In this document: one piece after another, positions 24,392-37,138 of the stretch | Position numbering within the stretch: the first letter of the stretch is position 1 | How the letters are laid out: each line of letters begins with the position of its first letter | Source: Octopus sinensis | Taxonomy: Eukaryota | DNA length: 64,000 bases | NCBI RefSeq assembly: GCF_006345805.1 | Contig: NC_043004.1 | Span: 79,794,001 to 79,858,000, forward strand | Direction: 5' to 3' | Notes under the pieces: generated by a model | Told to the model about the DNA's origin: nothing | What the model saw: only the letters and a program-made list of their open reading frames with translations | Database searches by the model: none | Made by a program: the position numbers and the translations under genes

Positions 24392-25745
24392 TACAAAATA
24401 AGAAAATGGAGAAACACATCTTAATCAATGATCAACTACCAGATAATACCCAATCACATAATTTATTAAACCACTACATATGAACATTAAGGTCAAACAT
24501 AATAATATAGAACAAAATAATGTACATGAAAAAGTAATATGATACAATAAGTACAGTATGTATAAGTGAATATAAATAAATGCATACAAATATAAATATA
24601 AACTACATCTTACAGCTGTTTCGGCCATGCAGATATGGGTGACTCATTATGCTCATATTAGCCATGTGTGATAGGTTAATATGTAGTTATAAATGAGACA
24701 CTTACAAAAATATCCCAAGGCCTCTTCAGAGATTATGAAGAACAAACTAAATTGAATATGAAAATCAGAGGAGGTACAACCATACAATAGTGGGTACATA
24801 CCCATAATATATAATATATAATATAATATACACATACATATGAGTGCACAAATCCATACTCCTATATATATATATATATATACATATATTTAATGATAAT
24901 AATAATATACAGCAATATACATACATATGTTCTATATTCAAGGTTACAGTTAGTCACAACAATATATTAGAATATTACAATATAGAAACATACACATATC
25001 TATATTCAAATGCAGATATACAAAGTCAATAATTCATTATATTAAGTTACAAAATGCCATTAAGTTTACCCGGACGTCCAGGTAAACACTTGTACACCTG
25101 TGGAATTTTCTACTATGTAAATCAATGTTTTCCATCTTTCTTTTTATATGTATCTGCCGATATTAATGCTTTGCATGGTACTATATTATTGTTGTTGTTG
25201 TTTTTGCTATTATGTTGCTAACCGCGTGATACATATATTGTTTTGCTGGTACTAATGCTATTGTTATTAGTAATAATAATAATAATGATATTAGTAGCAA
25301 TAGTGGCAATGGTAATAGTAATGATAGTAATATTAATGGCATTTTGTAATTTAATATAATGAATTATTGACTTTGTATATCTGCATTTGAATATAGATAT
25401 GTGTATGTTTCTATATTGTAATATTCTAATATATTGTTGTGCATGGCCGAAACAGCTGTAAGATGTAGTTTATATTTATATTTGTATGCATTTATTTATA
25501 TTCACTTATACATACTGTACTTATTGTATCATATTACTTTTTCATGGACATTATTTTGTTCTATATTATTATGTTTGACCTTAATGTTCATATGTAGTGG
25601 TTTAATAAATTATGTGATTGGGTATTATCTGGTAGTTGATCATTGATTAAGATGTATTAACTTTGTTGGATGCTTCACTAGCAGTATATTGGATATATGT
25701 TATCCCATGGAGGGTTGCACTTACAACCCCTATCTCAATTTGTAA
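24392..25745. mobile_element. PLE-type pseudo-LTR remnant with inverted duplication, between (TA)n tracts
   Basis: 24416-24630 is the reverse complement of 25441-25655, and 24955-25063 of 25333-25441. Carries an HHR. Confidence 0.7.
24607..24733 (-). ncRNA. Type I hammerhead ribozyme with 92-nt loop II
   Basis: Minus strand reads AUCU-CUGAAGA-GGCC-[92 nt]-GGCC-GAAAC-AGCU-GUA-AGAU. Full consensus core, with stems I, II and III all pairing. Confidence 0.7.
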
Positions 25746-25778
25746 TATATATATATATACATATATACATATATATAT

Positions 25779-25836
<58 letters not shown>

Positions 25837-25861
25837 TGTGTATATATGTATATATATATAG

Positions 25862-25916
<55 letters not shown>

Positions 25917-26706
25917 TAGGTCAAGATGACTCAGCCTAATATGTATGAATTCTGAGTGCTCAAATAGCTGTTTCACTAAAATTCAGTTGGAACAGCAGTT
26001 GAAGTTGAAGTTTTGGTTGTGTGATTGACTTGTTCAAAATGGCTAAAGGTGGCTTCCCTTTGAGAAGTAGTGGGGTAGCATCATAGCTATGTGTTGAGAG
26101 GGATTCTTAGAGGTTTGAATAATTCACCTCTGGAAACATGGGTGTTTTGTTCAACATCCTTAAACAACTCTTATTCAAGGACCTTTTGGGCAGGATGGGC
26201 TACTCAACCTGAAGAAAATTCTAACTGGTTCCCACCTGCAAGGTCATGCACTGTTTATCATGCATCACAATCATATGTGTATGACATGAAGATCTCATTT
26301 CATCACGGGCATATGGCATAGTGGTAAAGAGTGCGGGCTAGTAACCCCAAGTTTGATTCTAGGCAGTGACCAGAATAATAATAGTAATAATAATAAAAAA
26401 TTTTAAAAAAATAATAATAATAATCATATCACCATGTCGTACACATATGGTTGTGATGCATATGCCTGGTGTACCCTTATCAGATGGGTAGTCATGGGTA
26501 TACTGGGCATCATATATTTTATCCCAGTGTCACTGATGGCATGCACTACTTTCTCACTCAGTAATAATAATAATAACAATAATAATAATAAGAAGAAGAA
26601 GAAGAAGAAGAGCAACACTACTGAAAGTGCCCATCACAGTAATGGTCCTTCAGGGACAAACCAAGAAGATACTACTGCTGTAGCATGACCTCTAATCGTA
26701 TAGAAT

Positions 26707-26976
26707 ATGGTAAGCTCCTATGTACCAGATAGATCTAGTTGCAACTTCAAATCAAGGAATAAATGCCCACTACAAACCCATTGCAAATGGTTGAACATTG
26801 TCTACAAATGCGTGGTTCATAGCACATTTCACAATTCTACTAGGTACTATACAGGATCCACAATTAATTTCAAGCATAGATATTCAGCTCATTTAAATTC
26901 ATTTAAGTGCGAAAAGTACAGCAAGTCTACCTCTCTAGCTGACCATATGCATTACCGTAAGAATCTCTTAGGTTGA
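26707..26976 (+). pseudogene. PLE GIY-YIG endonuclease fragment
   Basis: CNFKSRNKCPLQTHC...IVYKCVV...YYTGSTINFKHRYSAHLNSF...STSLADH matches the GIY-YIG layout of the element at 45.6-45.9 kb. Confidence 0.8.
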
Positions 26977-27225
26977 CTGTGCCGGTGGCATGTAAAAAGC
27001 ACCATCCGATCATGGCCGTTTGCCAGCCTCGTATGGCACCTGTGCCAGTGGCATGTAAAAAGCACCCACTACACTCACAGAGTGGTCGGCATTAGGAAGG
27101 GCATCCAGCTGTAGAAACACTGCCAGATCAGACTGGGCCTGGTGCAGCCTTCTGGCTTCCCAGACCCCAGTTGAACCGTCCAACCCATGCTAGCATGGAA
27201 AGCGGCCGTTAAACGATGATGATGA

Positions 27226-27230
<5 letters not shown>
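26975..27230 (+). mobile_element. RTE-type 3' end element with (GAT)n tail
   Basis: Shared terminal block. It interrupts the PLE fragment. Confidence 0.8.
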
Positions 27231-27259
<29 letters not shown>

Positions 27260-27444
27260 GAAATTTACAGAAAACAAAAAACAAAGACAGGTGTATAAAC
27301 AACAAACAGGTGTATTAGTTTAATGCTCGGGAAAGTGACAAAGTCTTTTACAGTTCAAGCCTACGCTCAACACAAGAACATATACACATACATACATATA
27401 TATATATAAATATGTACGTATGTATGTATGTATGTATGTATGTG

Positions 27445-27650
27445 TGTATATCTCTTATATAAAATCCATTCTGTCTGTGTGTGTGTGTAGCTTCTAAGAT
27501 CTCAGGCATCCTCCATCCGATTGCGTTCAAATTTGATATGTAGATACCGATGATATCAGCGTGTGTGTAAGTCTTGAAAAAATTATAAAAATCGATTCCA
27601 GGTGAGAATGCGATTGATAAAGCCATGGGAAATCATTTTTCTTTGGAATA
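27445..27650 (+). mobile_element. Probable Helitron-like non-autonomous 5' fragment
   Basis: atctcttatataaaa, tctgtctgtgtg, then ccgattgcgttcaaatttg. Confidence 0.4.
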
Positions 27651-28679
27651 GAAAATAAGTCTATCTTTATTTCTCTTTTTTGCTTGTGTCTCAAATTTAG
27701 GTTAAATCAGTGTTTCTCAAAGGGGATGCCTATGGGACAGTCAGACAAGTTGTTTTGAGAAAATTTGGTTTAAATGTTCGACAACTCAGCACCGTCCATT
27801 GGACGGGGGGGGGGGCGCGTTTTGCTCGTATATATATATATATATAAAATGCATACATGACAGGCTTCCACACAATTTCCATCCCCTAAAACCACTCACA
27901 GGGCTTTGGTCAACCTGGGGCCATAGTAGAGTGTACTGTATGGTATGTATGTATGTAAGTACAATCCACTGATCCAAGTGTAAGTTAGCTTTGAGCATGT
28001 ATACAACAAGTACGATAAAATGAGTTTATTAAGATAACAAGTTACACATTTCATCTCATATCGAAACAAATGAAAATTTCGAAAAGCTGACAGTCGCCAG
28101 ACACAGTGTGATTTAGCAACTAAAGTTATTGAAAATGCAAAATGCACACAGACCCATACACACAGTCATTCAAGCGTGCAAAAAATACTATGAAAAGAAA
28201 CTCTCTTTCTCTCCTCTGCCCAAGGAATTTTAGCAATGTCACTCTTCTTACGATAACAGACTCAACAGAAAATGATTACACATCACCAAACACATATACA
28301 CATTATCAAAGCTTCCTTCAATAGCACTCCCCAATACAATTACGACATTGACATTATTGCCACCACAATAGTCTTCTTCTTCTTCTTCTTCTTCTTCTTC
28401 TTCTTCTTCTTCTTTATAGACAGTAACATTATGATATTACTGCTGTGTTTTGCCTAATCTCTAAGTATTTATGTAATCAACTAAAGAAAATAAATCTAAT
28501 GATTTCTGTTCAATAAAACAGTTTATCATAAATACATATATTAAAGTTCAATATACTTCTAGACTTGCTGGCACCAGAATATACATATGTGTGTGTGTGT
28601 GTATATAGATATAGATAGATACGGATAGATACAGATAGATTTAGATATGGCTATGCATGTGTATAAGTGTGTGTGGGTA

Positions 28680-29070
28680 TTGGGTCATCCCATAAATAAT
28701 GGGGTTCTCTTATACTTCTTTTATTTTTCAAAATTAAGATAAACAAAGTTCTTTTTTAATCTAAAATATACTCTCCTTCATTTTCTACAATGCTCTTCCA
28801 TCTATCTGGTAGATTTGCAAGGACCCTCTTCCAAAATTTACTTGTCCGTGATGAAAAATACTCTTCCAGTACTGTTCTGACCTCATCTACAGAATTCATA
28901 TTTTTTCCATCAATATGAATTTGAAAACTGTGGAATAAATGATAATTAGATGGGGCAATGTCCAACGAATATAGTGGGTGGGGCAGCATTTCCATTCAAA
29001 CTGCTTCAGCCTTTGGAATATCATCCTCGCTGTATGTGGCTGAGCATTATCCTGATGGAGGAACACCTTT
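28680..29070 (-). pseudogene. Mariner (Tc1/mariner, D34D type) transposon 3' fragment with one TIR
   Basis: Minus-strand peptide HQDNAQPHTA...EMLPHPLYSLDIAPSNYHLFHS...RWKSIVENEGEYILD matches the HPPYSPDLAPSDYHLF motif. TIR ttgggtcatcccataaataatg starts after TA at 28678-28679. Confidence 0.9.
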
Positions 29071-29439
29071 CATCTTGAAACCAAGTGGTGTAAATTCAAG
29101 CAGGAGTTGGTCTTGGCTGAACTGACCACTGGCAAGTTAAGAGAAAACCAGCCTACATATAGCTAATGTCTTTCAAAGAAAAGGCACCAGAAACGAAATT
29201 GTTAACGACAATCCCATATGTTGCTCAATCAAAAAAAAAAAGTTCTTGTTTACAAAACTGAGATTTACTAAGTCAAACCTTTTTTGTAAGTCTTTAATTA
29301 GTTTTTTTTTACTTGTCAACTAGCTACAGATAAAAAGCAAATTATAAATGTGGTTATCAGATTCAAATGGATTATTCACTTGCTGATGTCATCAATCTTC
29401 AACAATATCTTGTTTATTATTATCATTTTTACATGTGAA

Positions 29440-29835
29440 AAGGCAGTGAGCTGGCAGAATCGTTAGCACACCGGGTATTTCGTCTGTCGGTACATTCTGA
29501 GTTCAAATTCCACCAAGATCAATTTTGCCTTTCATCCTCTGGGGTCGATATAATCGACTATCCTCCTCCCCAAAATTCCAGGCCTTGTGCCTATAATAGA
29601 AAGGATTATTTTCACATGTGAGTAAAAGGTGGCAAGCTGGCAGTACCATTAACACACTGGTCTAAATGCTTAGCAGTATTTCTTCTGGTTTTCTGAGTTC
29701 AAATTCCATCAAGGTCATCTTTGTCTTTCGTCCTTTTTTACTCAATAAAACTAGTACCTGTTGAGCACTTGGACTGATATAACCAACTAGCCTCAGCCCC
29801 TAAAATTCCAGGCCTCATACCTATAGTAGAAAGGG
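29440..29835 (+). mobile_element. Two tandem SINE family A copies
   Basis: Heads at about 29443 and 29628, each followed by the family A core and the aaattccaggcct tail. Confidence 0.75.
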
Positions 29836-30590
29836 TTTTTACATGTGAAAATAAGACAATGGTTTGGTGTTTGAGATTCTGCCAAATATTCCAGCTACCG
29901 TTTTTTAAACAGAAGTACCTACATCAAAGACTCATAGTCACAAAAATATTTTTTCAAATGGTGCTGGTGCCATGTAAAAATCATCCGTGCTGGCATCACA
30001 TAAGAAGCACCAGCCATATTGGTCCCACATAAAAAAACACCCCTGCTGGTACCATGTAAAAGGCATCCATACTGGTACCATATAAAAAGTACCCAGTACA
30101 CCTTGTAAAGTGGTTGGCATTAGGAAGGGCATCCAGCCATAGAAACCATGTCAAAACAGATAAAGGAAACTGATGCAGCTCTCCAGCCTTGCCAACCCAT
30201 GCCAGCATGGAAAATGGTCATTAAATGATGATGATGAATTAAACTGCATGGTTGTATTTTGCTGCAATTGTTACATGACAATTAGACAACCCTAAGAGCA
30301 AGGCTGCGTTTGCCAAGCTATGTTTATATAAATATATTCTATTTGTCTGCCTAATACAATTAGTCAAAACCTATATTCTATAACTGCAGAGAGTAAGCAA
30401 TCAACAAAGATGTGAGTCTCCATCCATTGTAGAACCCTTATTCTTGGATGTCTTTCAACAATCGCAGACTGGAAACTTATAATGCTGGCTATATTATTAG
30501 ATAAGCAAATGATTAATCCAAAGAATTGATAGAAATTGTAAATATTGGCAATTCTCAGACCAAATCTTACCAATTTGTAAGAATATATAC

Positions 30591-30627
<37 letters not shown>

Positions 30628-30628
<1 letters not shown>

Positions 30629-30895
30629 CATCATCATCATCATTATCATCGTTTAATGTCCGTTTTCCATGCTAGCATGGGTTGGACGGTTTGACCAGGG
30701 TCTGGGAAGCCAGGAGGCTGCACCAGGCTCCAGTCTGATCTGGCAGTGTTTCTACAGCTTGATGACCTTCCTAATGCCAACCACTCCATGAGTGTAGTGG
30801 GTGCTTTTTACGTGCCACTGGCACAAAAGCCAGTCAAGGCGGCGCTGGCATTGGCTGCGTACAGATGGTGCTTTTTACATGTCACCGGCACAGGT
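30628..30895 (-). mobile_element. RTE-type 3' end element
   Basis: catcatcat...cgtttaatgtccgttttccatgctagcatgggttggacgg. Confidence 0.8.
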
Positions 30896-31199
30896 GTGGA
30901 TATATATATATACACACCTTCGAAACGTAGAGTAGATGAAACAGGGACAACTGAAGAAGGGGAATATTCCTTATACTGTATGTTGCATTTCTCTGTTTTT
31001 TCGGTGTTTGAAAAAAAGTTCGTTTCTATGTTTTTACTTTCATGTTTTCATTTTTCATTGTGTTCAATGTTTTTTTGATGTCCTGTACCCATATATGCAT
31101 GTATATATATGTATATATGTAGATATGTACATATATGTATGTATATATGCATATATTTATATATTATTTATGTTATATATATATACACACACACATGTA

Positions 31200-31566
31200 T
31201 CCTTTTATTTGTTTCAGGCATTTGAATATGGCCATGCTGGAGCACAGTCTTTAGTTGACCAAATTGACCCCAAGACTTATTCTTTGGAAGCCTAGTACTT
31301 GTTCCATTGGTCTCTTTTGCTGAACCACCAAGTTACGGGTACATAAACACACCAGCATCGATTGTCAAGCAATGGTAGAGGGACAAACGCAGACACACAA
31401 ATACATACATATATATACACGACGGGCTTCTATCAGTTTCCATCTACCAATCCACCCACAAGGCTTTGGTCGGCCTGAGGCTATAGTAGAAGACAGTTGT
31501 CCAAGATGCCATGGAGGAGGACTGAACCTGGAACCATGTGGTTGGTAAGCAAGCTACTTACCACTC
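31200..31566 (-). mobile_element. SINE family B copy
   Basis: Matches 21902-22352 in reverse. Confidence 0.8.
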
Positions 31567-31568
31567 TT

Positions 31569-31631
<63 letters not shown>

Positions 31632-31959
31632 CACACACACACACACACATATATATATGCACAGGGCCACCAGGACTCCCGCCTACTCCATGAACAGAAG
31701 TTAATCTTTGTCCTTTGTGCCATTGGGCAAGTGTCTTTTACCATAGAGATTCTATTGAGTGCTTTCTCTCATGGCATCATCCCCTGCAGGGTTACCCAGC
31801 AACTTGTAAGACAAAGTCCCTTTAACCTGAAGGAGTAGTATTGAGGCAACTGGCTTTGTTCCAGTAGATAGGAGGTTAAAAGTGTAAAAGGGGAATAGAA
31901 AAAGATGTGTTGCAACAGAAGAGATAGAAGTATATCCTAAACATATCCTAAACATTTAT

Positions 31960-32269
31960 GTTGTTCTTTGTTCCTTCTTGAGCCATTCCTGGCTCATAAG
32001 GGCCAGTTTCCCGGTTTCATTGGTGTATAGGTTCCCCACCTGGATGGGACACCAGTCTGTCACAAGTGAGTTGCTAGATGCAGGAGGAAAGAGTGAGAGA
32101 AAGTTGTGGTGAAAGAGTCAGCAGAAGTTTGCCATTACCTTCTGCCAGAGCCGTGTGGAGCCTAGGTGTTTTGCTCATAAACACACACATCACCCAGTCT
32201 GGGATTTAAGCCCACAATATCTCGACCACAAGTCCACTGCTCTAACCACTAGGCCATGTTCTCCACCAG
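31960..32269 (-). mobile_element. SINE family C, (AAC)n-tail type
   Basis: Colinear with 9372-9682. Short flanking repeat catttat on both sides. Confidence 0.8.
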
Positions 32270-33261
32270 CATTTATATATGTAATGTGATCTTCAAGTTC
32301 TCACCTGAAGATCACAATAGCATGAAACTCATGTCAAGAGACAAACTCTAAGTTTCAATTTCAATAAATAAAAATTTTTTTTAAATATCCTCTACTGCAT
32401 TTATTGAGCATTCTTCTCTCATTCTTTTGACATAAACCAATCTACACACATATATAGACATATAAAATCATAATATATATATATATATATATATATTGAA
32501 GAGCTTTCTGGCATTATCTGCTATTTTTGCCAAATTTGGTACTATTGCTTTTATATGAAACTGATATGGCAACCATGTACACTGTATTCTAACGATTGAA
32601 CCACTCTTGAATGGAAACAAACCAAAACGAAAGTACAAGAGAGAGAAAGAAAGAGAGAACTTGTTGGTACAAGATTGATTATGTAGAAACAGGAGTAAAA
32701 AGAGAAAATCTTGTTGAAGAAATGGATTGAGGCTATTGGAAAGACATAATTCTTTCGTGTATGCTTGACCAAAAAAAAAAAAAAACAACCAACTAATAAT
32801 AACATGTAGATGTGAAACAGTTATGCAAAACAAGTAATTATACAGTATTCCTATCGAAGATCAATACAGCCTGATATGTATATATTGATTAACTTGTTTT
32901 CTTAGCCGCCCTTTATTAAAAGACTGATTGAATATAGCTTTATATAATGCCACGATTTTCTAGATATACAATATGATGTTACTGTTGTTGTTACTGTTGT
33001 TGTTAGTGCTGTTTATACCTGTCTGGATCAGGTGTGGTCAAGCAGACCTGTGGTCAAAGGAATTCCAGCCTTGACAACCCAGTTTTCATGGATTGTATTT
33101 ACATGGACTGCATAATTTAATTTGTATTTCTTTTTAATATTTTGATTTTTGGATTAAGATAGTAGAATGTGATTAAAGGGAAATTTGGCTGTTATTTTTA
33201 GCTCGTCACTTGACCAGGCAAAGGTTGGTTTCTTCATTAATTTTAGATATACAATGTAAGC

Positions 33262-33535
33262 TACAAGGAATGAAGCCAGTATGATCTGATGGATGTGTAA
33301 TGTTAGTGTGCATACTCGACAGAGTGTAAGTACCTTCAGAGAAAAGTTGGACCTAAGAAGCATTAGATGTGGTGTGCAAGAGAGACAACTGTGCTGGTAT
33401 GATCATGTAGAGAGAATGGATGAGGATAGCTGTGTGAAAAAGTGCCACACCCTAGTGGTTGAGGGAACCTGTGGAAGAGGTAGACCCAGGAAGACCTGGG
33501 ATGAAGTGGTGAAGCACGACCTTTGAACTTTAGGC
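33262..33535 (+). pseudogene. RTE LINE ORF2 C-terminal fragment
   Basis: ERQLCWYDHVERMDEDSCVKKC...GRGRPRKTWDEVV matches the RTE motif LRWFGHVxRM...RGRPRxxW. Confidence 0.85.
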
Positions 33536-34634
33536 CTCACCTCAGCAGAATTTGAACTCAGAACATAACGGCAGACGAAATACGGCTACACATTTTGCCC
33601 AGCGTCCTAACATTTCTGCCAGCTCGCTGCCTCCAGAAATAATATAGAACAAGACTTGGTCTGTTGTTTAAATTTATAATTCTTCAACTTAAAAGATTTC
33701 AAGATATGCCAAGGCTGGTGTACGTATTTTCATTTCTATTTAATATTTTGATTTACTATTTTATATTTTCATTTTTAGTGATTCATATCTGCTGTTACAG
33801 CACGGCTGGATGGTTATATAAACTGAGTAATTTCCATGGAACATTCAGACGCATTTTCATGGATGAATGCTCTTTGTATTACTTAGGAAGTGAGAAGAAG
33901 ATGCAATTTAACAATAATATGAAGAAATACGAAGATCTGCAGTTGCTTTAGTTCCTTTTTTTTTCTTTCTCAAAAGCTGCGTAAATTAAGCAGACAAATA
34001 CTAGAATATGATAAAATTAAGCTGGGAAAATTAATGCTTGCAATATGATGAAAATTTTAATATAAGAATTTTTTTAAAGGAAAGATATATTGCCAGTAAT
34101 GAGAAGCAACTAAAGTGTTTGCAAATACACACATACACACGTGTGTGTGTGTGTGTGTGTGTGTGCATTTCAAATCTGTGTTAGGTTAACTAGGAATTCT
34201 CAAATGACAATATATGTATATATACATTCATATAGATATGAATACACATACACATACATATGCAAAGATTTTTATATAAGCATGTGACTGCATGTGGAAA
34301 GAAAAAAAAGGGGATTTCATGTTCCGAGCAGAGCTCTTCATCAGAAATATAGAAAAAGTCCAAAGAAGAGAAGAGGGAGAAAGAAAGCACCAACGATACA
34401 CATGTGGTCACATATATATAAGCATGCTTATATAAAAATCAGGAAAGGAAAGAAAAGAAAGATTTCATGAGCACCAGTATTGTGTGCCACCAGTATCTGT
34501 CACAACTACGATTTTACTTGGCTTGATGGGACTTCTTCTCAAGGATGACTTAATTTATATACACATTTATATACGTATTTATATATATTTATACACATAT
34601 TTATACATATTTATATGATAATTCATATACATTC

Positions 34635-35018
34635 TTTTATTTGTTTCAGTTCTTTTGACTGCAGTCATGCTGGAGCACTGCCTTTAGTCAAACAAATCAA
34701 CCCCAGAACTTATACTTTGTAAGCCTAGTACTTATTCTATCGGTCTCTTTTGCCAAACTGCTAGGTTATGGGGATGTAAACACACCAGCATTGGTTGTCA
34801 AGTGATGGTGGGGGGGACAAACATACACACACATCTGTATATATACATATATACATACAACGGGCTTCTTTCAGTTTCCATCTACCAAATCCACTCACAA
34901 GGCTTTAGTCAGCCCAAGGCTATAGTAGAAGACACTTGCCCAAGGTGCCACGCAGTGGGACTGAACCTGGAAACATGTGATTGGTAAGCAAGCTACTTAC
35001 CACACAACCACTCCTGTG
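34635..35018 (-). mobile_element. SINE family B, full copy
   Basis: Matches 21902-22352 in reverse. Confidence 0.85.
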
Positions 35019-35087
35019 CCTATATATGTATATATTCATATATGTATGTATATAAGTACATATATACATACATATATATACACACAA

Positions 35088-35354
35088 GGATGTAAAGCCT
35101 GCAACATCAATATTAGCAACTGGGAAGCAGTTGTCAGCAACCGTGGAGATTGGCAACGTACTGTAAAAGAGGGAATACAAAGGAGTGACATAGAGAGAGA
35201 GGAGAAATGGAAAGACAAGAAAAGACGTCAACATGAAACTATGACATTATAACCAGCCAGGCAAAGTCTTCGCTACATTTATGGCACCTGCCAGAGGGAG
35301 TTTTTGTCCAGGATAGGACTAAACAGCCACAGCAGGATATGTATTAGGACATGA
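35088..35354 (+). pseudogene. RTE (BovB-like) ORF2 extreme C-terminus
   Basis: WEAVVSNRGDWQRTVKEG...(stop)...CQREFLSRIGLNSHSRIC matches the SRIGLxSHxRxC zinc-finger ending of BovB-type RTEs. Confidence 0.75.
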
Positions 35355-35427
35355 AATGTAAAAGCCGGACTAGATTATTTTATGCGCAAATCCATTGTCT
35401 CCCAAGACAAAAAGGATGCCAACAACA

Positions 35428-35477
<50 letters not shown>

Positions 35478-35849
35478 AGATGTACTCGCATAGCAAGTGA
35501 TTTGATCTGAGATCGTGTGCTGAAACGAAAACAATTGCAGCGTGGAAAGTGTTTATAAGCCATTTAAGAAACACACAAAAGCAAAAGCCGTTCGATTCAC
35601 TTCAACATTTAAGTTTAATTTGTCAAAATATTTTCGTCGCTAAAATCCGCGACCTGTTCACTGACAAAAATCCGTGCTGCAGCACAGATTTTGTCAGTGA
35701 ACAGGTCGCGGATTTTAGCGACGAAAATATTTTGACAAATTAAACTTAAATGTTGAAGTGAATCGAACGGCTTTTGTGTGTTTCTTAAATGGCTTACAAA
35801 CACCTTCCACGCTGCAATTGTATATATATATATTATATATATATATATA

Positions 35850-36520
35850 TCATCATCATCATCATCATCATCATTTAGCGTCCGTTTTCCATGCTAGCAT
35901 GGGTTGGACGGTTCAACTGGGGTCTGTGAAGCTGGAAGGCTTCATCAGGCTCAGTCAGATCTGGCAGTGTTTCTACGGCTGGATGCTCTTCCTAACGCCA
36001 ACCACTCCGTGAGTGTAGTGGGTACTTTTTACGTGCCACCCGCACAGGTGCCAGACAGAGCTGGCAAATGGCCATGAACGGATGGTGCTTTTACGTGTCA
36101 CCGGCACGGGGGCCAGGCGAGACTGGCAACGGACACGAACGGATGGTGCTTTCACGTGCCACCGACACGGGGGCCTGACAGAGCTGGCAAATGGCCACAA
36201 ATGGATGGTGCTTTTACGTGTCACCGACACGGGGGCCAGGCGAGGCTGGCAACGGACACGAACGGATGGTGCTTTTACATGCCACCAACACGGGGGCCAG
36301 ACAGAGCTGGCAAACGGCCATGAACGGATGGTGCTTTTACGTGTCACCGGCACGGGGGCCAGGCGAGGCTGGCAACGGACATGAACGGATGGTGCTTTTA
36401 CGTGCCACCGATACGGAGGCTAGACGAGACGGCACCGGCAACAACCACGATTGGATGGTTCGCTTAACCACAGCTGCAATTCCCACTGATGTTGATCAAC
36501 CTCAATTTGGTTCTGCTTTC
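35850..36520 (-). mobile_element. RTE-type 3' end element with an internal (62+61 bp)x3 tandem array
   Basis: Terminal block at 35850-36010 and an array at 36051-36419. Confidence 0.85.
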
Positions 36521-36649
36521 TGATATATGAATTGATTTGGTTTGATTTTGATTTTGACTGTTCTCACTGGTCTTGCCGGGTCTTCTCATGCACAGCATAT
36601 ATATATATATATAAATGTATACATACCAGCATATATGTGTTTGCTCTGC

Positions 36650-37105
36650 AGTCACATGGTTTCAGTTTCAGTGCCACTGTGTGGAAATTAGAGCAAGTGA
36701 TTTTTACTATAGCCTCATGCCACCCAAAACCTCGTGAATGGATCTGGTAGATGGAAACTGAAAGAAGCCCAGTGTTTATGTGTATGTGTAAGTATACATA
36801 TACACACGTACACATATAGATGTATCTACACAGCCTTGGTTTTTTTATCTCATCATGCAAAAAATTCTCATATATATATATAGCGTGAAAGAGAGAGTTA
36901 TGTCTTTGTGCCTGTTTTCCCTCCACCACTGCTTGACAACTGGTGTTGCTTAGTTTGCTTCCCCATAACTTAGCAGTTTGACAAAAGAAACTGATAGAAT
37001 AAATAGCAGGCTTTAAAAAAATGTATTCATGTGGATTCCCTCTACTAAACATCTTCAAGGCAGTGCCCCAGCATGGCCATAGTCTAATGACTGAAACAAA
37101 TAAAA
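36650..37105 (+). mobile_element. SINE family B copy with an inserted half of a palindromic MITE
   Basis: Head and body at 36650-36780, tail at 36900-37105. 36825-36870 matches the right arm of 47725-47826. Confidence 0.75.
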
Positions 37106-37138
37106 TATACACATACACATATATATATATATATATAC

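Noticed and set aside
27343-27372. Degenerate copy of the variant HHR module, plus a second degenerate HHR at 34314-34347
   Set aside because: The GAAAC and cleavage triplet are mutated (TGAAC or GGAAC; AUG), so they are not called as ribozymes.
30915-30965. ccttcGAAACGTA followed by CTGAAGAagg, suggesting a permuted (type II) hammerhead
   Set aside because: Stem I does not pair and stem II would consume core bases. More likely the 3' half of a truncated HHR in a PLE-derived repeat.
36051-36419. Regularly spaced repeats that could suggest a CRISPR-like array
   Set aside because: Head-to-tail tandem units with no unique spacers and no cas genes, in eukaryotic DNA.
35973-36523. Repetitive ORFs of 100-126 aa
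   Set aside because: By-products of the 123-bp tandem array in an RTE UTR.
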